The notes under the pieces: generated by a model | Seen by the model: the letters and a program-made list of their open reading frames with translations, nothing else | The model's database searches: none | What the model was told of the DNA's origin: nothing | IMG/VR virus record: IMGVR_UViG_3300023174_000228 | Span: 1 to 52,514 of that record | DNA: 52,514 nucleotides | Reading direction: 5' to 3' (one strand) | Origin: a virus | Taxonomy: Duplodnaviria > Caudoviricetes | In this document: positions 20,072 through 29,058 of the stretch, piece after piece | How positions within the stretch are numbered: position 1 is the first letter of the stretch | Layout of the letters: each line of letters opens with the position of its first letter | Translations under genes and position numbers: made by a program

Positions 20072-20856
20072 AGGTTTCTTTTTTTCAAACGTATATTGAT
20101 CGTTTGCCTCTTTTAATGGCAAGAAGTGAGGATGGTTTTTTTAAAAAATTTACAGATAATTTTGATGTAAATATAATTTCTCTGCATAATGTAACGGAGA
20201 ATGTCAGAGATTATGTAAAAAATAATCAAATTGTTGAAAATAAAATTATATTAGAATTTAACAATATAAGTTATACGCAGTGCATATCAAATTTACTAAA
20301 TGTACTTTCAGATCTTAAGTGTGAAAAATTTTTCTTTTATCAGGATGATACTTTTTCTAATGAGATAGATGAATCCAATTTTTCAGATCTGATCGATGTT
20401 TGTTTTAATTTTGAATATGAAATTGTAAGTCTTTCTCACAAAATAAGTCTTTTCAAAGAAATGCGTAAAGAAATTTTATATAAAACAAAAAGTTTTAATG
20501 TTTATAATACAAACACATATGATTTTTGTAAAACAGGTAGTTGGTCGTTTGACGACTCTCCTTTTATTTGTGATTTTAAACAATTAAAAAATATTTTTGA
20601 TGATACTTATTTTTCTTGTGGGGATATATGGTCGGCTGAAAAATATTTAAACAATAAATTCAGACAAAAATGCATGAATAGAAGTATAACCGACATATCT
20701 TTTTTTGTTCAATACGGTCTTATTGGAAATAATGTTCATCAGCATCATAAAGAAGATATTAAGAAGAAATTAAAATTATCAAAACAGGTGGTGGATATGC
20801 TTGAATATTATTATGATAATCCTAATATCTGGAATCCTGCCTTGAATAAAAAATAA
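20068..20856 (+). CDS. Hypothetical protein, possible glycosyltransferase
   Basis: FFYQDD motif; last gene of the glycan cluster. Confidence 0.5.
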   Translation: MKVSFFQTYIDRLPLLMARSEDGFFKKFTDNFDVNIISLHNVTENVRDYVKNNQIVENKIILEFNNISYTQCISNLLNVLSDLKCEKFFFYQDDTFSNEIDESNFSDLIDVCFNFEYEIVSLSHKISLFKEMRKEILYKTKSFNVYNTNTYDFCKTGSWSFDDSPFICDFKQLKNIFDDTYFSCGDIWSAEKYLNNKFRQKCMNRSITDISFFVQYGLIGNNVHQHHKEDIKKKLKLSKQVVDMLEYYYDNPNIWNPALNKK

Positions 20857-20874
20857 TTGTGATAAGATTTGTAT

Positions 20875-21867
20875 ATGAATAAAGCCATAGGGTTTGAAGA
20901 TGTTGTATTGATTCCAAAATATAGTGAATTGGAATCCCGAAAAGGTGCAGATACAAAGGTTTGTATTGGAAATAATGTTTTTAAGTTGCCAGTAACTCCT
21001 TCAAATATGGTTTGCACGATAAACGATGAGTTGGGAAAATTTTTATCTGAAAACATGTATTTTTATGTAATGCATCGGTTTGGTGACACTTTAAATTTTG
21101 TTAAAAAAGCAAACGAAGAAAATTGGAAATTCATTTCAATTTCTGTTGGTGTAAGAGAAAAATGCGACAAAATAGTTGATCAATTAAAAGAACAAAACCT
21201 TAAAGTTGATTGTATTCTTATTGATGTTGCACATGGTCATCATTTTCTTGTAAAAGAAGCTATAAGAAAGATTAAAAAATATTTTCCTGACACTCTTGTT
21301 ATTGCTGGAAATGTTACCACCAAACAAGGAACACAGGACTTAAAGGACTGGGGTGCAGATATGGTCAAGGTGGCAATAGGCACAGGCAAGGCATGTATAA
21401 CCAAAGACAAGACAGGATTTACACTTCCAGTGTTTACATGTATTCAGGAGTGTGCAGAAGTGGATGTGCCTATAATGGCAGATGGAGGCGTTCGTTGTCA
21501 TGGAGACATTGCCAAGAGCATTGTTGCAGGTTCCACCATCAATATGGTTGGAAGTATGTTTGCAGCATGCACAGATAGCCCTGCAGATAGAATTATAGAA
21601 TATCCTGTAACAGATTCAAAAAGTGACCTGGAGTTCAAAAAACCAAAATTATATAAAAAATATTTTGGATCTGCTAGTTATGAACATAAGATCATAAACA
21701 ATCTTTCTGTTGAAAATATTGAAGGGACAACTGTTTTAGTTGAAGAAAATGGAAAAACATATTTGCAAATGCTTTTAGAAATAGAACAGGACTTGCAGAG
21801 TAGCATTTCTTATTCGGGAGGATATAATATTACTGATCTATCCCATACAAATTATAGAATCATATGA
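20875..21867 (+). CDS. guaC: GMP reductase (short GuaC type)
   Basis: FEDVVLIP, YVMHRF, IDVAHGH, GTGKACITKDKTGF, ADGG, YFGSAS, LQSSISYSGG. Confidence 0.9.
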   Translation: MNKAIGFEDVVLIPKYSELESRKGADTKVCIGNNVFKLPVTPSNMVCTINDELGKFLSENMYFYVMHRFGDTLNFVKKANEENWKFISISVGVREKCDKIVDQLKEQNLKVDCILIDVAHGHHFLVKEAIRKIKKYFPDTLVIAGNVTTKQGTQDLKDWGADMVKVAIGTGKACITKDKTGFTLPVFTCIQECAEVDVPIMADGGVRCHGDIAKSIVAGSTINMVGSMFAACTDSPADRIIEYPVTDSKSDLEFKKPKLYKKYFGSASYEHKIINNLSVENIEGTTVLVEENGKTYLQMLLEIEQDLQSSISYSGGYNITDLSHTNYRII

Positions 21868-22430
21868 TACTACCAAAACAAAAATATAATCTGGAAATCA
21901 TAAACAAAAGGTTTGCTCATGCCTATTTTAAGGATAAGGCACTTCCAAGTGGAAACGTTATTGTTTTTGCTGGAGAACTGGATCCGGGAAAAGGTTATGA
22001 CTTCTCTCAATTTTCAATTGATAAAATGGACGAAGCAATTCACATTGTTTATGAAAATCCTCTTGTTCAGGATTCTGTATCAGGGGCACTGTTCTCACAT
22101 TTTCTTATAAGTTCAATTGCCAATATTCTTTCTCAAGAATTTCTTAAAATGCCAATTGCAGTAAACATGGATAATATGATTGTTACGAAAGAATTTCAAA
22201 GAAAAAGCATTATACAGAATCAAGGAATACTGAATATTGCCAAATACAGAATAATCAATTCTTGTAGCATAGGTCATATTGCAATATGCAATAAAGCTGG
22301 TGATAATGCACCTATATATACATATGAAATGGGATTGAATGAAGAACAGGTTAATAAGTTTTCTCAAACCATAGTGGATATGTTTTATAAAGTTTCTGAT
22401 GCAATTTTTCTAAGATCTACGGCATGTTAA
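21864..22430 (+). CDS. DUF366-like protein
   Basis: RFAH.YF...LP.GN...F.G and GHIAI pattern recalled for this family. Confidence 0.5.
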   Translation: MILPKQKYNLEIINKRFAHAYFKDKALPSGNVIVFAGELDPGKGYDFSQFSIDKMDEAIHIVYENPLVQDSVSGALFSHFLISSIANILSQEFLKMPIAVNMDNMIVTKEFQRKSIIQNQGILNIAKYRIINSCSIGHIAICNKAGDNAPIYTYEMGLNEEQVNKFSQTIVDMFYKVSDAIFLRSTAC

Positions 22431-22822
22431 ATTTTTTTCAGTATATAAACAATTTGCTTTTCAGTAAAAAGGCAAAGCTTGCAGGAACAGACAGTTGTAG
22501 TGAAAATATAAGCGGATTCATGCTTAACCGGTGGATTAGTTTTTATGATAAACAAACCTGTTCAAATGTTAACACTTTTTGCAATAAACCTCATTTGACA
22601 GAAGATCCTGATTTATTGTCAAAATTTCTATTTGTTTTTATTCCACAGAAAAGCTATAAAAAAATAGATTATATTAATAAAAATAAGAACAAAAAACAAG
22701 AAGATCCCACTGATATTATTTGCAAAATAATGCAGGTCGGTAAACGTGATGCAGAAATGATTGTTAAAACAACAGATGAAAAAGATTTAAAAAACTTCTT
22801 GAAAATTTACGAAACGTTGTAA
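22424..22822 (+). CDS. Clamp-loader small subunit (T4 gp62-like)
   Basis: FFQYINNLL..K, FMLNRWISF pattern; size. Confidence 0.6.
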   Translation: MLNFFQYINNLLFSKKAKLAGTDSCSENISGFMLNRWISFYDKQTCSNVNTFCNKPHLTEDPDLLSKFLFVFIPQKSYKKIDYINKNKNKKQEDPTDIICKIMQVGKRDAEMIVKTTDEKDLKNFLKIYETL

Positions 22823-22830
22823 TTACCTAT

Positions 22831-23277
22831 GTGAATATAGATCATGTACCCGTAACGAAAAGTATAATTGACCTTAGTGGATTCAGTGGAAATTCTTTTG
22901 ATAGTGTGTTTTTAGGATATGATCTGGATCAAATTTTGGATGACGTAATCCTTGCTGAATTTGTAGATACCACAACAGATAAGGATGAAATTGTAAGAAA
23001 CGGTATTATTGTAAAAACAAATGCTATGACAAATGCTTGGCGTTTGGCAAAAGTAATTCTCATGGGTCCAAATTGCAATCTTGTTAAAAAAGGAGACGTT
23101 ATCATGTTTCCAAACAATATGGGTGTTTTGATTGGAAAAATTGAAGTTACCAATCACGGACTTGTTAAGAACGGAATTTTTATCAACGAACAAAGAATAT
23201 TCGGTGTTTGCCGTCCAAGAAAAAATGAAAACAAGCCTGCAAGCTCTAAAAACAATTCTAGAAACAAACGTCGCTGA
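22831..23277 (+). CDS. groES: Co-chaperonin GroES / gp31-like
   Basis: DDVIL...NGIIV...AKVILMGPNC..VKKGDVIMF. Confidence 0.75.
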   Translation: MNIDHVPVTKSIIDLSGFSGNSFDSVFLGYDLDQILDDVILAEFVDTTTDKDEIVRNGIIVKTNAMTNAWRLAKVILMGPNCNLVKKGDVIMFPNNMGVLIGKIEVTNHGLVKNGIFINEQRIFGVCRPRKNENKPASSKNNSRNKRR

Positions 23278-23608
23278 AATTCGTTTTGCCCGACGAAGAC
23301 CAAAAGCAGGTCATCCAGCACAGCGCCATATGATTTGCAGCAATGATAAACGTTTTCTTAGCACTGCTGCTGGTCGAATCACTTTAAATTTTCGTCCGGT
23401 AACAAACACAAAACCAGTTCCTTATTTTAACCGAAATGCAAAAAACGTTTTGAATGTTTGGGATATCATTATGCAAGATTATCGTAACATAAGTATGGAT
23501 AATTGCGATTTGGTGCAAATTATTCCTTCCGATAAGTTCTGGGATTTCTTTGAAAAAAACCTCGCCATTCTTTCTCCTGGCGAAAAAATGAGGTACATGG
23601 ACAGTTGA
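23225..23608 (+). CDS. SH3-like beta-barrel phage protein (DUF2693/WYL-like)
   Basis: L..NVAEIRF...R.M.C...VWDI...YRNI. Confidence 0.55.
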   Translation: MKTSLQALKTILETNVAEIRFARRRPKAGHPAQRHMICSNDKRFLSTAAGRITLNFRPVTNTKPVPYFNRNAKNVLNVWDIIMQDYRNISMDNCDLVQIIPSDKFWDFFEKNLAILSPGEKMRYMDS

Positions 23609-23949
23609 AACTTCCTGAAGACATTGAGAAAAACATTTTGAACTATCTTCAAAAGAAGGTGGTTTTTGTAAATGAAAACAAACAATATAAAGAAGGTGTT
23701 CTTCTTCTTTTTTCAGTAAAGGATTTTTATTTGAATTTCACAATTAGTTGTGATCGAAAAGAAAGAAAAATTTTAGAGATTCCTTTTCCTTTTGATTGCA
23801 GATTTCGTAAAAATCATATTGAGTTTGATTATCATATAACCAATCTATCTAAAGGAATGCACAACATATCTTCCAGCTTGAAGGTAATGCCCATACCTAG
23901 AAAGAAAAAGTTTTATAATACAAATATGGTTCTAAGTGCTTTGTCCTGA
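23605..23949 (+). CDS. Hypothetical protein
   Basis: 114-aa ORF translationally coupled to the previous gene. Confidence 0.7.
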   Translation: MKLPEDIEKNILNYLQKKVVFVNENKQYKEGVLLLFSVKDFYLNFTISCDRKERKILEIPFPFDCRFRKNHIEFDYHITNLSKGMHNISSSLKVMPIPRKKKFYNTNMVLSALS

Positions 23950-23972
23950 AGTAAATACTTTAGGACAAAGTT

Positions 23973-24791
23973 ATGCTGCAACAATCGTATCATTTTGAAA
24001 TAAAGGATCTTATAGCATCTTTCATAGATGCTTTTGACGGAACAGTTATACGTCGATTCAACAAAAATAGAGATGCTGAAAGCCAAATAAAGGTTCGTTA
24101 CCTTTATGCACCAAAACAACGGGTTCTTTTTGATATTGTAACCCCCGGTCAAAATCTTACTCTTCCTGTTGTTGCCATAACCATTACAGGATTGAATAGG
24201 GACGAAAATCGAGTTTTTAATAAAATTGCAGGATTCTATGTGAATCAAGCAACTCGAATAGAAGACTCTTCTGCCCAAACATCATATTTCCGAACACCTA
24301 CACCTGTTGATATAGGAATCAACATGAGCATATTGACCCGATATCAAACTGATATGGATCAGATTCTGAGCAATTTCATTCCTTTCAATAATCCTTATAT
24401 TATTATTTCCTGGCAAATTCCAACAGCATATAATCTGGCAGTTCCTCAAGAAATAAGAAGCGAAGTGCTTTGGAACGGAACGGTTAATCTGAATTATCCA
24501 GTAGATCAGGATCCAAATAATAAATCTCTTATTGTGGCAGATACCAGTTTCACAATAAAAGGTTGGATATTTCCTGCTGAAAGCCCAGATGTTAAAAATA
24601 TATTTTATATTAATACAGATCTTAATGCAGCTGGTCCAGGTGTTTCATTGAATTACGACAATTATGCTAATCTTCAAGCTCAATCATATACAAGCAATTC
24701 TCCGAATAGTGCATTTCAAAATACAGATACAATTTCCATCAGTGCAAATCCTCAATTTGTTGGTCCGTCCGAATTACAGGTGGAGGTATAA
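23973..24791 (+). CDS. gp15: Tail sheath stabilizer/completion protein (T4 gp15-like)
   Basis: YHFEIK.LI..F...F, YAPKQR, TLP, D.DQI...F.PF.NP, F.IKGW.F. Confidence 0.85.
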   Translation: MLQQSYHFEIKDLIASFIDAFDGTVIRRFNKNRDAESQIKVRYLYAPKQRVLFDIVTPGQNLTLPVVAITITGLNRDENRVFNKIAGFYVNQATRIEDSSAQTSYFRTPTPVDIGINMSILTRYQTDMDQILSNFIPFNNPYIIISWQIPTAYNLAVPQEIRSEVLWNGTVNLNYPVDQDPNNKSLIVADTSFTIKGWIFPAESPDVKNIFYINTDLNAAGPGVSLNYDNYANLQAQSYTSNSPNSAFQNTDTISISANPQFVGPSELQVEV

Positions 24792-24793
24792 TT

Positions 24794-25201
24794 ATGGGAG
24801 ACAGATACTTAAAATTAGGAGATGGTAGTTTTACTCCTCGCGCTAAAATTGTACCAACAGTGACAATAACGCCTGGATTCACCGGACTTAAACTTCGTTT
24901 TCAAGGAAATCAATTTGCATATAAAATTCAAGGATTATATCTTTCAGCAAATACAGATAATGCAATGCTTTCTTGTTTTGATTTTTATTCCCATATTAGA
25001 AGCATAAGCAGCAAATTTCATCCATTTTCAGGGTATCCTATAGAAGATTATACTATTATTGATAATAATACACTCAATATACAATTTCCTAAAATTAATC
25101 TAAGTGCTTGTAATATTGATTTTATTTTCACAAATCCTGCTGGTTATGCCAAAGCTTCACAGTCAAGCAGATTCACATATATTAAAATATTAAGCAGTTA
25201 A
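24794..25201 (+). CDS. Probable structural protein (Ig-like)
   Basis: Beta-rich, NPAGY; lies between gp15 and the portal gene. Confidence 0.6.
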   Translation: MGDRYLKLGDGSFTPRAKIVPTVTITPGFTGLKLRFQGNQFAYKIQGLYLSANTDNAMLSCFDFYSHIRSISSKFHPFSGYPIEDYTIIDNNTLNIQFPKINLSACNIDFIFTNPAGYAKASQSSRFTYIKILSS

Positions 25202-25244
25202 TTATTTTTAAAATAATAATGCACATTGAAAATTTGTTGCATTT

Positions 25245-25252
25245 TATAAATA
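25245..25252 (+). promoter_or_regulatory. T4-type late promoter
   Basis: TATAAATA 6 nt before the portal ATG. Confidence 0.85.
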
Positions 25253-25258
25253 AATAGT

Positions 25259-27061
25259 ATGGCTCAAGCTGATTATTCCTCTACAAATGACCGAGGATCC
25301 AATACTTTCGGAAGAAGTTTACAAAAGTTTATTAGTGAACGTCTTCCATACAACAACTTTGCAGTTGTTGATGTTCTATCTCAGCTAAATCCAAAATTTT
25401 CACTTTTCCAGGATACAGGAAGTCGTAGAACTGAAGCGATTGCAAAACATAGTATAAGCAGCAGCACAGGAATTAATGAAACCAATATAGGTGCGATTGC
25501 CAGTGACAATAGCGTTACCAATTATCTTTATGCAAACATACAAGCTGATAAAGCTGCTCGTATTCGTGATTATCGAACCATGGCTGCTTTTTCAGAAGTA
25601 GCAGATGCTTTGGATGAAATATGTGATGAAGTTGTGAATGTGGACGAAGAAGGTAAAATTGTAAAAATTCGTTTTCATGATGATGATTTGTCAGATATTC
25701 AAAAAGAAGAATTGCAAAAAGAGTTTCATCGTTACATTAATCTTTTTGAATTAGAAAATCGTGGTTGGGAATATTTTAGGCATATGCTTGTGGATGCTGA
25801 AATTTATTTCGAGCATATCATTCATAGAGATTATCCACAGGAAGGTATTTTAGGAGTTGTTAGCATTCCTCCAGAATTGGTCGATCCTGTTTTTGGAAAT
25901 GTTCAGAATTTGATGGTCAAAGGTTTTGTTTTAAGAAAACCACTTTTTGACAAAACCAATCCAACAAAGGTAGTGGACTATCAAATTGTTCCATTGGATA
26001 AAAATCAGGTTACTTATATTAATAGCGGAATATGGAATGAAAATAAAACAGTTCGTCTTCCTTTCCTTGAAAATGCCCGCCGTGCCTATCGTCAACTTTC
26101 TCTTATTGAAGATAGTATTGTAATTTATCGTCTTGTTCGTGCCCCAGAAAAATTGGTTTTCAAAGTAGACGTGGGAAATATGAGTCCGGCCAAAGCCGAG
26201 GGTTATATGCGCCGTCTCATGAGCCAATATTGGAGTCGTAAAACATTTGATAATAATCAGGATGCGACTGTTCAAAAGTTCAACCCACAAAGCATGTTGG
26301 ACAGTTTTTGGTTTGCTAAACGTACAGGTCAGGATGGAACCACTGTGGAACAACTTCAAGGAGGTGCAAATCTTGGAGAATTGACAGATTTGATGTATTT
26401 CATGAAGAAGTTGTATCGGAGTTTAAAGGTACCTTCTTCTCGTCTTAATCCTGAAGACACATATAAAGATGGAACAGAAATTCTTCGGGAAGAATTAAAG
26501 TTTTCAAAATTTATTATTCGGCAACAACAAAGATTTGCTGAAGGTCTTAAGAATGGATTTATAACAAATCTCAAACTTAAGAAAATGTGGTCTGAATATG
26601 GATTAAAAGAAAATCATTTTGATTTGGCATTTAATGTACCAAGCAATTTCTATGAAATGCGTGAATTGCAAAAAATGCAGATGCGCACAGAAGGATTCAA
26701 CAATATTACTAATAATGAAAGCATCAGCAAGATTTATATGCAAAAGAAGATTCTGGGATGGACAGATCGTATGGTATTGGCAAACCGTGAATTCCTTCGT
26801 AAAGATGCTGAAATGAAATGGGAATTGGATCAGATTTCAGGAGCCGGTCCGGATTGGCGTAAGCAATTTGAAGGTGGCGAGAAAACTCCAAAAGCTGGTG
26901 GGGGTGGAGAAACTCCTCCTGAATTCGGACCTTCTCCGGGTGGAGGAACAACTGCACCTACTGGTGGAGCTGCAGCTGAAGAAACCCCAGAAATACCTGA
27001 AGTCCCTGAAGGAGGTGAAACACCTGAAGCTGAAACACCTGAAACTCCTGAAGCGACTTAA
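25259..27061 (+). CDS. gp20: Portal protein (T4 gp20 family)
   Basis: YRTMA..EV..ALDEI, QLSLIEDSIVIYRLVRAPE, DVGNM...KAE, LYRSLKVPSSR, REELKF. Confidence 0.97.
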   Translation: MAQADYSSTNDRGSNTFGRSLQKFISERLPYNNFAVVDVLSQLNPKFSLFQDTGSRRTEAIAKHSISSSTGINETNIGAIASDNSVTNYLYANIQADKAARIRDYRTMAAFSEVADALDEICDEVVNVDEEGKIVKIRFHDDDLSDIQKEELQKEFHRYINLFELENRGWEYFRHMLVDAEIYFEHIIHRDYPQEGILGVVSIPPELVDPVFGNVQNLMVKGFVLRKPLFDKTNPTKVVDYQIVPLDKNQVTYINSGIWNENKTVRLPFLENARRAYRQLSLIEDSIVIYRLVRAPEKLVFKVDVGNMSPAKAEGYMRRLMSQYWSRKTFDNNQDATVQKFNPQSMLDSFWFAKRTGQDGTTVEQLQGGANLGELTDLMYFMKKLYRSLKVPSSRLNPEDTYKDGTEILREELKFSKFIIRQQQRFAEGLKNGFITNLKLKKMWSEYGLKENHFDLAFNVPSNFYEMRELQKMQMRTEGFNNITNNESISKIYMQKKILGWTDRMVLANREFLRKDAEMKWELDQISGAGPDWRKQFEGGEKTPKAGGGGETPPEFGPSPGGGTTAPTGGAAAEETPEIPEVPEGGETPEAETPETPEAT

Positions 27062-27075
27062 AGATAAATAATATT

Positions 27076-28161
27076 ATGTCAATTGTAAGCAAACAGGTAC
27101 TATATGATTCATTTTCAGCAGGTCATACACCTTCTTCTAATGATTTTAGAAATTTAATTGATACCACATACGGCTTTCCGCTAACTGCTATAAACTACAC
27201 AACTGGTTTGACCATCAGCCAAGGTTCTACTGGACTGCCTGTTTTGATCAATGGAACGACTTATTATATTCCTTTGTTTAACACCACTACAACAGCACCA
27301 ACGACTGCTGACCAAACTGCATATACAAATACTGTAAGAATTACATATCCTAATGCTGTTTTGGCTGAAACATTTGGAAGCAGATGTGCTACTTACATTC
27401 AAACACTTTGTGGATATACTCCAGATGATGTTGTCACAGCAGCTTGTATTTGTTCTGATGATAAAAATGCACCTATTTTCCCGAACAATACATTTGGTCA
27501 ATATCCACAATCTCTGCAACAATTCAGTGGTCCATTCTTTGCTGGAGGAATTGGTGGATATCCTTTCCCTGGAATCGTTGGTCTTTTTGCTTGGATGAGT
27601 CACGTAACAGAAACTGGTGCATTATTCATATATGTGCATCCTCACATTGGAATTACCAAGAGTGGTCAAGTTGGATTCATGAAACGCAGAGGTCAAGGTG
27701 GAAATCTAAGTCAAACATGTGGAGCTGTAAACGCTGCCCAAGCCCGAATCGTTGGTCCTTTGAGTGCAACAGCACCAACATTTCCAAGTGCAGAATTTAC
27801 AGTTAATGATTATCAACAATATACACTCGTTAATGCACTTTGGAGCAATACTACCGTAAGAAATGCACTTACAGCAGCTTCTCCTGTTCAAGGCGGAACA
27901 TATGCTCAAAGAATGAAGATAGCTACAGATGCAATTCTTAATGCTGCATTAAGTGCAGTTGAAACAATATTGCCAATTTCATATAATGCATTCTTTCAAG
28001 GTGAAAATAGTAAAGATGTTTTTGTGCATGCTGGCACATTCATCAATGTGGATGATGGATATAGCGCTTATGTGGACACGATTGCATTTAAAAAATACAA
28101 TCCTGTAACACAAACATTTACAACTCTTACTAGTCCCTTTACAGCAACTTTTGGATTATAA
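27076..28161 (+). CDS. LCIB/theta-class carbonic-anhydrase-like domain fused to a virion-type N-terminus
   Basis: CSDD...GPF..GG.GG.PF.G..G..A..SH...PHIGI...G.VG...R.GQ...TCGA...DYQQ; Cys/His/Cys zinc ligands present. Confidence 0.8.
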   Translation: MSIVSKQVLYDSFSAGHTPSSNDFRNLIDTTYGFPLTAINYTTGLTISQGSTGLPVLINGTTYYIPLFNTTTTAPTTADQTAYTNTVRITYPNAVLAETFGSRCATYIQTLCGYTPDDVVTAACICSDDKNAPIFPNNTFGQYPQSLQQFSGPFFAGGIGGYPFPGIVGLFAWMSHVTETGALFIYVHPHIGITKSGQVGFMKRRGQGGNLSQTCGAVNAAQARIVGPLSATAPTFPSAEFTVNDYQQYTLVNALWSNTTVRNALTAASPVQGGTYAQRMKIATDAILNAALSAVETILPISYNAFFQGENSKDVFVHAGTFINVDDGYSAYVDTIAFKKYNPVTQTFTTLTSPFTATFGL

Positions 28162-28164
28162 TTT

Positions 28165-28365
28165 ATGCCAACAAATATTGCCACAGCAGTAATCAATGCG
28201 ATTACTGCAATTTTCGGTGCAATCAATAATGTATTTGGAGCAAAGAACACACCTGAAATGAAAGATCGTCAGGAAAAACAAAAAGAAGTGGATTATACAA
28301 GCAAGGCAGAACAAGCTGTAAAGGAGAAAGATGTTAAAAAGATTCGCGATATTCTCGCTGAGTAG
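28165..28365 (+). CDS. Small protein with hydrophobic N-terminus and helical tail (i-spanin candidate)
   Basis: Overlaps the downstream lipoprotein gene by 35 nt. Confidence 0.5.
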   Translation: MPTNIATAVINAITAIFGAINNVFGAKNTPEMKDRQEKQKEVDYTSKAEQAVKEKDVKKIRDILAE

Positions 28366-28750
28366 TTTATTGATTGCAGGATGTACCACAGTTACACCTG
28401 ATAAAATCAAAGACGAAGTATCCAGTTATGATGCCAGCACACCCACAGGGTATGATGTGCAGAATAGCGGTTTTATAGGGTTTACTGATGATGGTAAAGG
28501 TCTAATAACAGCGTTTGGTGTTTTAAGGTACAATACCCTTGTAAAAGCATATAAGATCAAATTTAAAGGTTATAAGGGGGTAGAACTTAATGAAAATGAC
28601 GGGATAACTGAATATGCAGATAAACTGGGAAATAAACTTTATATTATTGATCAACAGCATCTTGTTTATTATGCCATTCTTAACAGTTGGCGTAAAGAAG
28701 GTAAGCCTACCGATAGCATTGTGGATAAGGTAATAGACAAAGTTAATTAA
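28331..28750 (+). CDS. Lipoprotein (o-spanin candidate)
   Basis: Signal peptide with lipobox LIAG/C. Confidence 0.7.
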   Translation: MLKRFAIFSLSSLLIAGCTTVTPDKIKDEVSSYDASTPTGYDVQNSGFIGFTDDGKGLITAFGVLRYNTLVKAYKIKFKGYKGVELNENDGITEYADKLGNKLYIIDQQHLVYYAILNSWRKEGKPTDSIVDKVIDKVN

Positions 28751-28773
28751 TATATAAAGATTAAATAATAATA

Positions 28774-29058
28774 ATGAAAAATTTTAAGGATTTATTTACA
28801 AAATATCTCACTGAACAACCTGCTCCGGCGGCACCTCCCACAGAAAAGCCTGATGTTAAGCCAGATACAGAAAAACCTAGCACAGAACCAAAATCACCAC
28901 CTCGTCGTAATCCATTGGAACCTCGTCCTGGTTTTCAACCTCGTCCAAAAGGATTGGTTCCTAAAGGAAGTGAAGAAGAGGAAGAAGCTGAAGAAAATAA
29001 ACGCAATTCGGACGTTAATTTGTTTTTTAAATATCGCCAAAATCTATCTCGCAAATGA
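28774..29058 (+). CDS. Pro-rich late protein
   Basis: TAAATA-N6-ATG; leader MKNFKDLFTKYLTE. Confidence 0.75.
   Translation: MKNFKDLFTKYLTEQPAPAAPPTEKPDVKPDTEKPSTEPKSPPRRNPLEPRPGFQPRPKGLVPKGSEEEEEAEENKRNSDVNLFFKYRQNLSRK

Noticed and set aside
8325-20856. Bacterial O-antigen locus or giant eukaryotic virus origin
   Set aside because: The cluster is embedded among T4-like structural genes and late promoters; no wzx/wzy and no NCLDV core genes
25201-25220. AT-only inverted repeat before the portal promoter
   Set aside because: Expected by chance at this AT content and too weak to call a terminator
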